Source of the DNA: Escherichia coli
GTDB lineage: Bacteria > Pseudomonadota > Gammaproteobacteria > Enterobacterales > Enterobacteriaceae
DNA length: 64,000 bases
Reading direction: 5' to 3' (one strand)
Assembly: GCF_016026235.1 (NCBI RefSeq)
Contig: NZ_CP065613.1
The notes below the pieces were generated by a model that made no database searches, was not told the origin of the DNA, and saw nothing but the letters and a program-made list of their open reading frames with translations. Of the stretch, positions 14,302 through 24,796 are shown one piece after another (position 1 is the first letter of the stretch; every line of letters begins with the position of its first letter). The position numbers were made by a program, and so were the translations under genes.

Positions 14302-16410
14302 TTGTATCTGTTTGAAAGCCTGAATCAACTGATTCAAACCTACCTGCCGGAAGACCAAATCAAGCGTCTGCGGCAGGCGTATCTCGTTGCACGTGATGCT
14401 CACGAGGGGCAAACACGTTCAAGCGGTGAACCCTATATCACGCACCCGGTAGCGGTTGCCTGCATTCTGGCCGAGATGAAACTCGACTATGAAACGCTAA
14501 TGGCGGCGCTGCTGCATGACGTGATTGAAGATACACCCGCCACCTACCAGGACATGGAACAGCTTTTTGGTAAAAGCGTCGCCGAGCTGGTAGAGGGGGT
14601 GTCGAAACTTGATAAGCTCAAGTTCCGCGATAAGAAAGAGGCGCAGGCCGAAAACTTTCGCAAGATGATTATGGCGATGGTGCAGGATATCCGCGTCATT
14701 CTCATCAAACTTGCCGACCGTACCCACAACATGCGCACGCTGGGCTCACTTCGCCCGGACAAACGTCGCCGCATCGCCCGTGAAACTCTCGAAATTTATA
14801 GCCCGCTGGCGCACCGTTTAGGTATCCACCACATTAAAACCGAACTCGAAGAGCTGGGTTTTGAGGCGCTGTATCCCAATCGTTACCGCGTAATTAAAGA
14901 AGTGGTGAAAGCCGCGCGCGGCAACCGTAAAGAGATGATCCAAAAAATCCTCTCTGAAATCGAAGGGCGTTTGCAGGAAGCGGGAATACCGTGCCGCGTC
15001 AGTGGTCGCGAGAAGCATCTTTATTCGATTTACTGCAAAATGGTGCTCAAAGAGCAGCGTTTTCACTCGATCATGGACATCTACGCTTTCCGCGTGATCG
15101 TCAATGATTCCGACACCTGTTATCGCGTGCTCGGCCAGATGCATAGCCTGTATAAGCCGCGTCCGGGTCGCGTGAAAGACTACATCGCTATTCCAAAAGC
15201 GAACGGCTATCAGTCGTTGCACACCTCGATGATTGGCCCGCACGGCGTGCCGGTTGAGGTCCAAATCCGTACCGAAGATATGGATCAGATGGCGGAGATG
15301 GGTGTTGCCGCGCACTGGGCTTATAAAGAGCACGGCGAAACCAGCACGACTGCACAAATCCGCGCCCAGCGCTGGATGCAAAGCCTGCTGGAGCTGCAAC
15401 AAAGCGCCGGTAGCTCGTTTGAATTTATCGAGAGCGTTAAATCCGATCTCTTCCCGGATGAGATTTACGTTTTCACACCGGAAGGGCGCATTGTCGAACT
15501 GCCTGCCGGTGCAACGCCCGTCGACTTCGCTTATGCAGTGCATACCGATATCGGTCATGCCTGCGTGGGCGCACGCGTCGACCGCCAGCCTTACCCGCTG
15601 TCGCAGCCGCTTACTAGCGGTCAAACCGTTGAAATCATTACCGCACCGGGCGCTCGCCCGAATGCCGCTTGGCTGAACTTTGTCGTTAGCTCGAAAGCGC
15701 GCGCCAAAATTCGTCAGTTGCTGAAAAACCTCAAGCGTGATGATTCTGTAAGCCTGGGCCGTCGTCTGCTCAACCATGCTTTGGGTGGTAGCCGTAAGCT
15801 GAATGAAATCCCGCAGGAAAATATTCAGCGCGAGCTGGATCGTATGAAGCTGGCAACGCTTGACGATCTGCTGGCAGAAATCGGACTTGGTAACGCAATG
15901 AGCGTGGTGGTCGCGAAAAATCTGCAACATGGGGACGCCTCCATTCCACCGGCAACCCAAAGTCACGGACATCTGCCCATTAAAGGTGCCGATGGCGTGC
16001 TGATCACCTTTGCGAAATGCTGCCGCCCTATTCCTGGCGACCCGATTATCGCCCACGTCAGCCCCGGTAAAGGTCTGGTGATCCACCATGAATCCTGCCG
16101 TAACATCCGTGGCTACCAGAAAGAGCCAGAGAAGTTTATGGCTGTGGAATGGGATAAAGAGACGGCGCAGGAGTTCATCACCGAAATCAAGGTGGAGATG
16201 TTCAATCATCAGGGCGCGCTGGCAAACCTGACGGCGGCAATTAACACCACGACTTCGAATATTCAAAGTTTGAATACGGAAGAGAAAGATGGTCGCGTCT
16301 ACAGCGCCTTTATTCGTCTGACCGCTCGTGACCGTGTGCATCTGGCGAATATCATGCGCAAAATCCGCGTGATGCCAGACGTGATTAAAGTCACCCGAAA
16401 CCGAAATTAA
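14302..16410 (+). CDS. spoT: bifunctional (p)ppGpp synthetase/hydrolase SpoT
   Basis: 702 aa starting at a TTG codon (MYLFESLNQLIQTYLPEDQIKRL...), with HD hydrolase, synthetase, TGS and ACT regions. Confidence 0.95.
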   Translation: MYLFESLNQLIQTYLPEDQIKRLRQAYLVARDAHEGQTRSSGEPYITHPVAVACILAEMKLDYETLMAALLHDVIEDTPATYQDMEQLFGKSVAELVEGVSKLDKLKFRDKKEAQAENFRKMIMAMVQDIRVILIKLADRTHNMRTLGSLRPDKRRRIARETLEIYSPLAHRLGIHHIKTELEELGFEALYPNRYRVIKEVVKAARGNRKEMIQKILSEIEGRLQEAGIPCRVSGREKHLYSIYCKMVLKEQRFHSIMDIYAFRVIVNDSDTCYRVLGQMHSLYKPRPGRVKDYIAIPKANGYQSLHTSMIGPHGVPVEVQIRTEDMDQMAEMGVAAHWAYKEHGETSTTAQIRAQRWMQSLLELQQSAGSSFEFIESVKSDLFPDEIYVFTPEGRIVELPAGATPVDFAYAVHTDIGHACVGARVDRQPYPLSQPLTSGQTVEIITAPGARPNAAWLNFVVSSKARAKIRQLLKNLKRDDSVSLGRRLLNHALGGSRKLNEIPQENIQRELDRMKLATLDDLLAEIGLGNAMSVVVAKNLQHGDASIPPATQSHGHLPIKGADGVLITFAKCCRPIPGDPIIAHVSPGKGLVIHHESCRNIRGYQKEPEKFMAVEWDKETAQEFITEIKVEMFNHQGALANLTAAINTTTSNIQSLNTEEKDGRVYSAFIRLTARDRVHLANIMRKIRVMPDVIKVTRNRN

Positions 16411-16416
16411 TGTTTT

Positions 16417-17106
16417 ATGAACCCAACACGTTATGCACGCATCTGCGAAATGCTCGCCAGGCGGCAGCCTGATCTGACCGTCTGCATGGAGCAGGTCCAC
16501 AAACCTCATAACGTTTCTGCGATTATTCGTACCGCAGATGCCGTTGGCGTACATGAAGTTCACGCCGTCTGGCCTGGTAGCCGCATGCGTACCATGGCCT
16601 CTGCGGCGGCGGGTAGCAACAGTTGGGTGCAGGTGAAAACGCACCGCACCATTGGCGATGCCGTCGCTCATCTCAAAGGCCAGGGCATGCAAATTCTGGC
16701 AACCCATCTTTCTGATAACGCTGTCGATTTTCGCGAAATTGATTACACTCGCCCGACCTGCATTTTGATGGGTCAGGAGAAAACGGGCACCACTGAGGAA
16801 GCGTTGGCCCTGGCGGATCGGGACATCATCATTCCGATGATTGGCATGGTGCAATCGCTGAATGTTTCCGTTGCCTCAGCCCTCATTCTTTACGAAGCCC
16901 AGCGCCAGCGGCAAAATGCGGGCATGTACCTGCGTGAAAACAGCATGTTGCCGGAAGCAGAGCAACAACGCCTGTTGTTTGAAGGCGGCTATCCGGTGCT
17001 GGCGAAAGTCGCAAAACGCAAAGGCCTGCCTTACCCCCACGTCAATCAGCAAGGCGAGATCGAAGCTGATGCCGACTGGTGGGCTACTATGCAGGCTGCA
17101 GGGTAA
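16417..17106 (+). CDS. trmH: tRNA (guanosine18-2-prime-O)-methyltransferase
   Basis: 229 aa MNPTRYARICEMLARRQPDLTVCMEQVHKPHNVSAIIRTADAVG..., SpoU family. Confidence 0.95.
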   Translation: MNPTRYARICEMLARRQPDLTVCMEQVHKPHNVSAIIRTADAVGVHEVHAVWPGSRMRTMASAAAGSNSWVQVKTHRTIGDAVAHLKGQGMQILATHLSDNAVDFREIDYTRPTCILMGQEKTGTTEEALALADRDIIIPMIGMVQSLNVSVASALILYEAQRQRQNAGMYLRENSMLPEAEQQRLLFEGGYPVLAKVAKRKGLPYPHVNQQGEIEADADWWATMQAAG

Positions 17107-17111
17107 GTGCC

Positions 17112-19193
17112 ATGAAAGGTCGCCTGTTAGATGCTGTCCCGCTCAGTTCCCTAACGGGCGTTGGCGCAGCGCTTAGTAACAAGCTGGCGAAAATCAACCT
17201 GCAGACTGTGCAGGATCTACTCTTACACCTTCCCCTGCGCTACGAAGATCGCACCCATCTCTACCCCATCGGAGAACTACTACCGGGCGTTTATGCCACG
17301 GTGGAAGGCGAAGTGCTGAATTGCAATATCACCTTCGGCGGCCGCCGGATGATGACCTGCCAGATCAGCGACGGTTCCGGCATTCTCACCATGCGCTTTT
17401 TCAACTTCAACGCGGCAATGAAAAATAGCCTGGCGACGGGCCGCCGTGTGCTGGCCTATGGAGAAGCAAAGCGCGGTAAATATGGTGCGGAGATGATCCA
17501 CCCGGAATACCGCGTGCAGGGCGATCTCAGTACGCCAGAGTTGCAGGAAACGCTCACGCCGGTTTATCCAACAACCGAAGGCGTAAAGCAGGCCACGCTG
17601 CGTAAATTAACCGACCAGGCGCTGGATCTGCTCGACACCTGCGCCATTGAAGAACTCCTGCCGCCGGAACTGTCACAAGGAATGATGACGCTACCGGAAG
17701 CGTTGCGCACTTTGCACCGCCCGCCGCCGACGCTGCAACTTAGCGATCTGGAAACCGGGCAGCATCCGGCGCAACGTCGTCTGATTCTGGAAGAACTGCT
17801 GGCGCATAACCTCAGCATGTTAGCCTTACGCGCCGGAGCGCAACGTTTCCATGCCCAGCCGCTGAGCGCCAATGACACGCTGAAAAATAAACTTCTTGCC
17901 GCCTTACCGTTCAAGCCAACGGGCGCTCAGGCTCGCGTGGTGGCGGAGATCGAGCGCGATATGGCGCTGGATGTGCCGATGATGCGCCTGGTACAGGGCG
18001 ATGTAGGTTCCGGTAAAACGCTGGTCGCTGCCCTCGCCGCGCTGCGTGCGATTGCCCACGGCAAACAGGTGGCATTGATGGCACCAACCGAATTACTCGC
18101 CGAACAGCACGCCAATAACTTCCGTAACTGGTTTGCACCGCTCGGTATCGAAGTGGGCTGGCTCGCCGGTAAGCAGAAAGGTAAAGCGCGGCTGGCACAG
18201 CAGGAAGCCATCGCCAGCGGTCAGGTGCAGATGATTGTCGGAACACACGCCATCTTCCAGGAACAGGTGCAGTTTAACGGCCTGGCGCTGGTGATTATCG
18301 ACGAACAGCATCGCTTTGGCGTGCATCAGCGTCTGGCATTGTGGGAGAAAGGCCAGCAGCAAGGCTTCCATCCGCATCAGTTGATCATGACCGCCACGCC
18401 GATCCCCCGCACGCTGGCGATGACTGCGTATGCCGATCTCGACACCTCGGTCATTGATGAACTGCCGCCAAGCCGCACGCCAGTGACTACGGTCGCTATT
18501 CCTGATACTCGCCGTACCGACATCATTGACCGCGTGCGCCACGCCTGCATAACTGAAGGTCGTCAGGCGTACTGGGTTTGTACGTTGATTGAAGAGTCAG
18601 AGTTACTGGAAGCGCAGGCGGCGGAAGCTACCTGGGAAGAGTTGAAACTGGCGCTACCAGAATTGAATGTTGGCCTGGTACACGGGCGGATGAAACCAGC
18701 CGAGAAACAGGCGGTGATGGCGTCGTTTAAACAAGGTGAGCTACATCTGCTGGTTGCCACTACCGTTATTGAAGTCGGTGTTGATGTGCCTAACGCCAGC
18801 CTGATGATTATCGAAAACCCTGAGCGTCTGGGTCTGGCGCAGTTACACCAGCTGCGCGGGCGCGTAGGTCGTGGCGCGGTGGCTTCTCACTGCGTGCTGC
18901 TCTACAAAACGCCGCTTTCTAAAACGGCGCAAATTCGCCTGCAAGTGCTGCGCGACAGTAACGACGGTTTTGTGATTGCGCAAAAAGATCTGGAGATTCG
19001 CGGCCCTGGCGAATTGTTAGGCACGCGTCAGACGGGTAATGCTGAATTTAAAGTGGCGGATTTACTGCGCGATCAGGCGATGATCCCGGAAGTTCAGCGC
19101 CTGGCGCGACATATTCACGAACGTTACCCACAACAGGCAAAAGCCTTGATAGAACGCTGGATGCCGGAGACGGAACGTTACTCCAACGCATGA
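17112..19193 (+). CDS. recG: ATP-dependent DNA helicase RecG
   Basis: ATG at 17112 gives 693 aa MKGRLLDAVPLSSLTGVGAALSNKLAKINLQTVQDLL... with Walker A GDVGSGKT and the DEQH box. Confidence 0.95.
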   Translation: MKGRLLDAVPLSSLTGVGAALSNKLAKINLQTVQDLLLHLPLRYEDRTHLYPIGELLPGVYATVEGEVLNCNITFGGRRMMTCQISDGSGILTMRFFNFNAAMKNSLATGRRVLAYGEAKRGKYGAEMIHPEYRVQGDLSTPELQETLTPVYPTTEGVKQATLRKLTDQALDLLDTCAIEELLPPELSQGMMTLPEALRTLHRPPPTLQLSDLETGQHPAQRRLILEELLAHNLSMLALRAGAQRFHAQPLSANDTLKNKLLAALPFKPTGAQARVVAEIERDMALDVPMMRLVQGDVGSGKTLVAALAALRAIAHGKQVALMAPTELLAEQHANNFRNWFAPLGIEVGWLAGKQKGKARLAQQEAIASGQVQMIVGTHAIFQEQVQFNGLALVIIDEQHRFGVHQRLALWEKGQQQGFHPHQLIMTATPIPRTLAMTAYADLDTSVIDELPPSRTPVTTVAIPDTRRTDIIDRVRHACITEGRQAYWVCTLIEESELLEAQAAEATWEELKLALPELNVGLVHGRMKPAEKQAVMASFKQGELHLLVATTVIEVGVDVPNASLMIIENPERLGLAQLHQLRGRVGRGAVASHCVLLYKTPLSKTAQIRLQVLRDSNDGFVIAQKDLEIRGPGELLGTRQTGNAEFKVADLLRDQAMIPEVQRLARHIHERYPQQAKALIERWMPETERYSNA

Positions 19194-20044
19194 CCAGACT
19201 CATCACGAGACAAGTCACGCAGTAAATCTTCAATCTGGATAGTGAGGATATCCATTGCCTCATACGCATCCTGTGCAATTCGCGCCGCCATTGCGCCTTC
19301 CGGTTCACCACGCAGAATTTCAGCCGCTGCCTGTACGCCAGCCACAATCATTTCAGGTGTTAACATTTGGCGAAGAAAAGCGCGATTATCAGAGGACCAG
19401 CCATCTTTATGGCCTAATGGATGCCCCCAGCCTATCCATTCTTGCGACCATAACGGATTGGCTTCTATGGGATAAATTAGATGCGCGGCATACTGAATAG
19501 CACACACCGCTTTTCCCGGCGTATCCAGCGCCCACCAGCGCGACCAGAGAGAACGAATTAACGGCGCGGCCCCACCCAGAGTATTGAACACCGCCAGCCA
19601 GCAAAGAACGTTATTGAAACCACGCTCGTTATCCATACGCTGCAACGCGGTGTCCAGTAAAAATTGCCGTACCTGCTGGCGTTGGGAAGCATTCATCATC
19701 TCCTGCCAGAGATAGGGCCGACGCAATGCCTTCATTAAGGATTCTTCGAAGTGATCACCATAACCGCCAGCTAAAACGGTTTCATGCCATTGCGCCAGGC
19801 AGAGCGGAAACAGATAGCGAAACAACTCTATTTGCATCGGTTCGTTATAAACGAGATTGAGTACATAGTAAGCACTCAAATCCCATTCGCTGATCTGCTG
19901 CCACTCTTTAGCCGCCAGCGCCTTGAGTTCGGCATCTGCGTAATCAAATTCCGTTTCCCATACACAGAGCACTGGCGGCTCATCACCAAAAATGTGGCGA
20001 CAGTGTTCACGTAGCGTTTCCGGTTCCTTCCGACGCTTTTTCAT
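19178..20044 (-). CDS. hypothetical protein, no recognisable domain; accessory relative to K-12
   Basis: 288-aa ORF (MKKRRKEPETLREHCRHIFGDEPPVLCVWETEF...) with E. coli-like codon usage; its ATG lies 2 bp after the gltS stop (GGT TAA AA ATG) and its 3-prime end overlaps the recG stop by 16 bp. No TM segment or signal peptide evident; tryptophan-rich. Confidence 0.6.
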   Translation of the reverse strand: MKKRRKEPETLREHCRHIFGDEPPVLCVWETEFDYADAELKALAAKEWQQISEWDLSAYYVLNLVYNEPMQIELFRYLFPLCLAQWHETVLAGGYGDHFEESLMKALRRPYLWQEMMNASQRQQVRQFLLDTALQRMDNERGFNNVLCWLAVFNTLGGAAPLIRSLWSRWWALDTPGKAVCAIQYAAHLIYPIEANPLWSQEWIGWGHPLGHKDGWSSDNRAFLRQMLTPEMIVAGVQAAAEILRGEPEGAMAARIAQDAYEAMDILTIQIEDLLRDLSRDESGHALE

Positions 20045-20046
20045 TT

Positions 20047-21252
20047 TTAACCCGCAAAAATCGGCAACATCAAATACAGCTTAATCACCAGCGCGTTAAC
20101 GATATCAATAAAGAACGCACCGACCATCGGCACTACCAGGAAGGCCATGTGCGACGGGCCAAAACGTTCAGTGATCGCCTGCATGTTGGCGATTGCCGTT
20201 GGTGTTGCACCGAGGCCAAAACCACAGTGACCCGCAGCCAGCACTGCCGCATCGTAGTTTTTGCCCATCATGCGCCAGGTAACGAAGATGGCATACAACG
20301 CCATGAAGATGGTCTGTACCACCAGAATCGCCAGCATCGGCAGCGCCAGCGAAGCCAGCTCCCACAGTTTCAGCCCCATCAACGCCATCGCCAGGAACAA
20401 CGACAAGCTTACGTTACCCAGCACGGATACCGCACGCTCAAAGACGCGGTAAAAGCCCATTATTGACAGACCGTTGCTCAGAATCACGCCAACAAACAGT
20501 ACACAGACGAAGGTCGGCAGTTCAAAAGCAGTGCCAGCCAAAAGTTGCGCAACAATTTTCCCCACCGTCAGGCAGATAGCAATCAGCGCGATAGTTTCAA
20601 TCAGCACCAACGAGGTGATCATGCGGCCCACATCCGGCTTTTCAAACGCCGTCGGGACTTCCTGGTCATCCGGAATACCGTTCGGCGTGGTGGAGTGTTT
20701 CACCAGATAGCGCGCTACCGGACCGCCAATCAAGCCGCCCAGCACCAAACCGAACGTTGCACAGGCCATCGCCACTTCCGTCGCATTGGTGAAGCCATAA
20801 CGTTCAATGAACAATTTACTCCATGCAGCTCCCGTACCGTGACCGCCGGAAAGCGTAATAGAACCGGCCAACAGCCCCATCAGCGGATCAAGCCCTAACA
20901 GGCTAGCCATCCCAATGCCAATGGCATTTTGCATCACCAACAGACCAACAACCACAATCAGGAAGATGCCAACCACACGCCCACCGGCACGCAAACTGGC
21001 AATGTTGGCGTTCAGGCCAATGGTGGCGAAGAATGCCAGCATTAACGGATCGCGCAGGGACATATCAAAGTTGACTTCCCAGCCCATGCTTTTTTTCAGT
21101 ACCAGTAGCGCCAGCGCCACCAACAAACCACCCGCAACAGGTTCCGGTATGGTGTATTTCTTCAAAAAGGAGACGGAATGGACCAACTTACGCCCGAGCA
21201 GCAACGTCAGCGTTGCGGCAACAAGCGTTGCTAAAGTATCGAGATGAAACAT
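20047..21252 (-). CDS. gltS: sodium/glutamate symporter
   Basis: 401 aa MFHLDTLATLVAATLTLLLGRKLVHSVSFLKKYTIPEPVAGGLLVAL..., polytopic. Confidence 0.95.
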   Translation of the reverse strand: MFHLDTLATLVAATLTLLLGRKLVHSVSFLKKYTIPEPVAGGLLVALALLVLKKSMGWEVNFDMSLRDPLMLAFFATIGLNANIASLRAGGRVVGIFLIVVVGLLVMQNAIGIGMASLLGLDPLMGLLAGSITLSGGHGTGAAWSKLFIERYGFTNATEVAMACATFGLVLGGLIGGPVARYLVKHSTTPNGIPDDQEVPTAFEKPDVGRMITSLVLIETIALIAICLTVGKIVAQLLAGTAFELPTFVCVLFVGVILSNGLSIMGFYRVFERAVSVLGNVSLSLFLAMALMGLKLWELASLALPMLAILVVQTIFMALYAIFVTWRMMGKNYDAAVLAAGHCGFGLGATPTAIANMQAITERFGPSHMAFLVVPMVGAFFIDIVNALVIKLYLMLPIFAG

Positions 21253-21531
21253 AGTTACTCCTTTGTATCCGCATCACTCTTTCATACTCGTCATACTTCA
21301 TCGCGCAGTGGCAACTTCATGAACTATGACGGGTATCGAGTTATGCTTTCCTGGGTCAAATTCTCAGCTGTTAATGAAAAAATGGCATGGATTTTAAGCA
21401 GAAAAATACCAAAAGTTATATAAAAAAGTGCATTTATCTCATTTAAATATTTAGATGAGGATGTGGCAAACGTTTGCTTTTCTCTTTCGGTCAGCTAAAA
21501 TGCCCGCTTTGCTACCACGGGATTGTTTTCG

Positions 21532-22923
21532 ATGTCTGTTTCCACCCTCGAGTCAGAAAATGCGCAACCGGTTGCGCAGACTCAAAACAGCGAACTGATT
21601 TACCGTCTTGAAGATCGTCCGCCGCTTCCTCAAACCCTGTTTGCCGCCTGTCAGCATCTGCTGGCGATGTTCGTTGCGGTGATCACGCCAGCGCTATTAA
21701 TCTGCCAGGCGCTGGGTTTACCGGCACAAGACACGCAACACATTATTAGTATGTCGCTGTTTGCCTCCGGTGTGGCATCGATTATTCAAATTAAGGCCTG
21801 GGGTCCGGTTGGCTCCGGGCTGTTGTCTATTCAGGGCACCAGCTTCAACTTTGTTGCCCCGCTGATTATGGGCGGTACCGCGCTGAAAACCGGTGGTGCT
21901 GATGTTCCTACCATGATGGCGGCTTTGTTCGGCACGTTGATGCTGGCAAGTTGCACCGAGATGGTGATCTCCCGCGTTCTGCATCTGGCGCGCCGCATTA
22001 TTACGCCGCTGGTTTCTGGCGTTGTGGTGATGATTATCGGCCTGTCGCTAATTCAGGTGGGGCTGACCTCCATTGGCGGCGGTTACGCAGCCATGAGCGA
22101 TAACACCTTCGGCGCACCGAAAAATCTGCTGCTGGCAGGCGTGGTTTTAGCCTTAATTATCCTGCTTAACCGTCAACGTAACCCTTACTTACGCGTGGCC
22201 TCACTGGTAATTGCGATGGCGGCCGGATATGCGCTGGCGTGGTTTATGGGCATGTTGCCAGAAAGCAACGAACCGATGACGCAAGAACTGATTATGGTGC
22301 CAACGCCGCTCTATTACGGTCTTGGCATTGAATGGAGTCTGCTGCTGCCGCTGATGCTGGTCTTTATGATCACTTCGCTGGAAACCATTGGCGATATCAC
22401 GGCGACCTCTGACGTTTCCGAACAGCCAGTGTCCGGTCCGCTGTACATGAAACGCCTGAAAGGCGGCGTGCTGGCAAACGGCCTGAACTCGTTTGTTTCG
22501 GCGGTGTTTAACACCTTCCCGAACTCCTGCTTCGGGCAAAACAACGGAGTGATCCAGTTGACTGGTGTTGCCAGCCGCTATGTCGGTTTTGTCGTCGCGC
22601 TGATGTTGATCGTGCTGGGTCTGTTCCCGGCAGTGAGCGGTTTTGTACAACACATTCCAGAACCGATTCTGGGCGGCGCAACGCTTGTAATGTTTGGCAC
22701 CATCGCCGCCTCCGGTGTGCGTATCGTTTCTCGTGAGCCGCTGAACCGTCGGGCGATTCTGATTATCGCGCTGTCGCTGGCGGTTGGTCTGGGCGTGTCT
22801 CAGCAGCCGCTGATTTTGCAGTTTGCCCCTGAATGGCTGAAAAACCTGCTCTCCTCCGGGATCGCCGCGGGCGGTATTACTGCCATCGTGCTGAATCTGA
22901 TTTTCCCACCAGAAAAACAGTAA
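21532..22923 (+). CDS. xanP: xanthine permease (NCS2 family)
   Basis: 463 aa from [43 protein letters not shown]... Confidence 0.9.
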   Translation: MSVSTLESENAQPVAQTQNSELIYRLEDRPPLPQTLFAACQHLLAMFVAVITPALLICQALGLPAQDTQHIISMSLFASGVASIIQIKAWGPVGSGLLSIQGTSFNFVAPLIMGGTALKTGGADVPTMMAALFGTLMLASCTEMVISRVLHLARRIITPLVSGVVVMIIGLSLIQVGLTSIGGGYAAMSDNTFGAPKNLLLAGVVLALIILLNRQRNPYLRVASLVIAMAAGYALAWFMGMLPESNEPMTQELIMVPTPLYYGLGIEWSLLLPLMLVFMITSLETIGDITATSDVSEQPVSGPLYMKRLKGGVLANGLNSFVSAVFNTFPNSCFGQNNGVIQLTGVASRYVGFVVALMLIVLGLFPAVSGFVQHIPEPILGGATLVMFGTIAASGVRIVSREPLNRRAILIIALSLAVGLGVSQQPLILQFAPEWLKNLLSSGIAAGGITAIVLNLIFPPEKQ

Positions 22924-23043
22924 TTCACTGGCGGCGGTAAGATAATTACCGCCGCAGTCTCACCTCTTTAACCATTCCCGCCTTGAGGATTGCGCGTAAA
23001 TCGTGCATAACTCCCTTATGTGCATTTCACGGGATGGAAGACC

Positions 23044-24753
23044 ATGAAATTTATTGGGAAGCTGCTTCTCTACATTCTCATCGCTCTGTTAGTGGCGATC
23101 GCTGGCCTCTATTTTCTTCTGCAAACCCGCTGGGGAGCAGAACATATCAGCGCATGGGTTTCCGAGAATAGCGACTATCATCTGGCCTTCGGGGCGATGG
23201 ATCACCGTTTTTCCGCGCCATCTCATATCGTGCTGGAGAACGTCACGTTTGGTCGTGATGGCCAGCCCGCGACCCTGGTGGCCAAAAGTGTCGACATTGC
23301 GCTAAGCAGTCGGCAACTGACCGAACCACGCCATGTCGATACCATCCTGCTGGAAAACGGGACGCTGAATCTCACCGACCAGACCGCGCCGCTACCGTTC
23401 AAAGCCGATCGTCTGCAACTGCGTGATATGGCGTTTAATAGCCCGAATAGCGAATGGAAACTGAGCGCGCAGCGGGTAAATGGCGGCGTAGTTCCGTGGT
23501 CACCAAAAGCCGGTAAAGTGCTGGGTACGAAGGCGCAGATTCAGTTTAGTGCCGGATCGCTTTCGCTCAATGATGTTCCTGCCACCAATGTACTGATTGA
23601 AGGCAGTATTGATAACGATCGCGTTACGCTGACTAACCTGGGTGCCGACATCGCCCGCGGGACATTAACCGGAAACGCGCAGCGTAACGCCGACGGCAGC
23701 TGGCAAGTGGAAAACCTGCGCATGGCGGATATACGTCTACAAAGCGAAAAATCGCTAACCGACTTCTTTGCGCCATTACGCTCTGTCCCGTCGTTGCAGA
23801 TTGGTCGCCTGGAAGTGATCGATGCTCGTTTGCAAGGTCCGGACTGGGCGGTGACCGACCTCGATCTCAGCTTGCGCAACATGACCTTCAGTAAAGATGA
23901 CTGGCAGACACAGGAAGGCAAACTGTCGATGAACGCTAGCGAGTTCATTTATGGTTCGCTGCATTTATTTGACCCGATTATAAACGCGGAATTTTCCCCG
24001 CAGGGCGTAGCGCTGCGCCAGTTCACCAGCCGCTGGGAAGGGGGTATGGTCAGAACGTCAGGGAACTGGCTGCGTGACGGGAAAACGTTGATCCTTGATG
24101 ATGCGGCAATTGCCGGGCTGGAATATACCTTGCCGAAAAACTGGCAACAGTTGTGGATGGAAACGACACCCGGTTGGTTAAACAGCCTGCAACTGAAGAG
24201 ATTTAGCGCCAGCCGCAATCTGATCATTGATATCGACCCTGACTTCCCGTGGCAGCTCACCGCGCTCGATGGTTACGGTGCCAACCTGACGCTGGTTACC
24301 GATCATAAATGGGGCGTCTGGAGTGGCTCGGCGAATCTGAATGCCGCCGCCGCGACATTCAATCGTGTTGATGTTCGTCGCCCGTCGCTGGCGCTGACCG
24401 CCAACAGCAGCACGGTGAATATCAGCGAACTGAGTGCATTTACTGAAAAAGGCATTCTGGAAGCCACTGCCAGTGTTTCACAAACGCCACAACGTCAGAC
24501 CCATATCAGCCTGAATGGACGCGGTGTGCCGGTGAATATTTTGCAACAGTGGGGATGGCCTGAATTACCGTTGACTGGCGACGGCAATATTCAGCTTACC
24601 GCCAGTGGCGATATTCAGGCCAATGTCCCGCTGAAACCTACGGTTAGCGGGCAATTGCATGCCGTGAACGCCGCAAAACAGCAAGTGACTCAAACCATGA
24701 ATGCGGGCGTCGTTTCCAGTGGCGAAGTTACATCGACGGAGCCGGTGCAGTAA
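23044..24753 (+). CDS. yicH: AsmA-family protein YicH
   Basis: 569 aa from MKFIGKLLLYILIALLVAIAGLYFLLQTRWGAEHISAW... with an N-terminal membrane anchor. Confidence 0.9.
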   Translation: MKFIGKLLLYILIALLVAIAGLYFLLQTRWGAEHISAWVSENSDYHLAFGAMDHRFSAPSHIVLENVTFGRDGQPATLVAKSVDIALSSRQLTEPRHVDTILLENGTLNLTDQTAPLPFKADRLQLRDMAFNSPNSEWKLSAQRVNGGVVPWSPKAGKVLGTKAQIQFSAGSLSLNDVPATNVLIEGSIDNDRVTLTNLGADIARGTLTGNAQRNADGSWQVENLRMADIRLQSEKSLTDFFAPLRSVPSLQIGRLEVIDARLQGPDWAVTDLDLSLRNMTFSKDDWQTQEGKLSMNASEFIYGSLHLFDPIINAEFSPQGVALRQFTSRWEGGMVRTSGNWLRDGKTLILDDAAIAGLEYTLPKNWQQLWMETTPGWLNSLQLKRFSASRNLIIDIDPDFPWQLTALDGYGANLTLVTDHKWGVWSGSANLNAAAATFNRVDVRRPSLALTANSSTVNISELSAFTEKGILEATASVSQTPQRQTHISLNGRGVPVNILQQWGWPELPLTGDGNIQLTASGDIQANVPLKPTVSGQLHAVNAAKQQVTQTMNAGVVSSGEVTSTEPVQ

Positions 24754-24761
24754 AAATAAGG

Positions 24762-24787
24762 ACGCTAGCGGATATCAGCGCTAGCGT
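24762..24787 (-). terminator. stem-loop between convergent yicH and the last gene of the sugar island; probable terminator of the island operon
   Basis: ACGCTAGCG-(8 nt loop)-CGCTAGCGT perfect 9-bp stem; on the minus strand it is followed by CCUUAUUUUUAC. Confidence 0.4.
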
Positions 24788-24796
24788 TCCCCGTTA

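Noticed and set aside
14818-16854. 678-aa ORF on the minus strand antisense to spoT and trmH
   Set aside because: Lies entirely opposite the unambiguous spoT coding sequence; Arg/His/Ala-rich low-complexity translation typical of antisense frames in GC-rich genes; no recognisable motifs.
17564-18542. Several 94-149 aa minus-strand ORFs inside recG
   Set aside because: Antisense shadow ORFs of recG with Ala/Arg/Ser-rich low-complexity translations.
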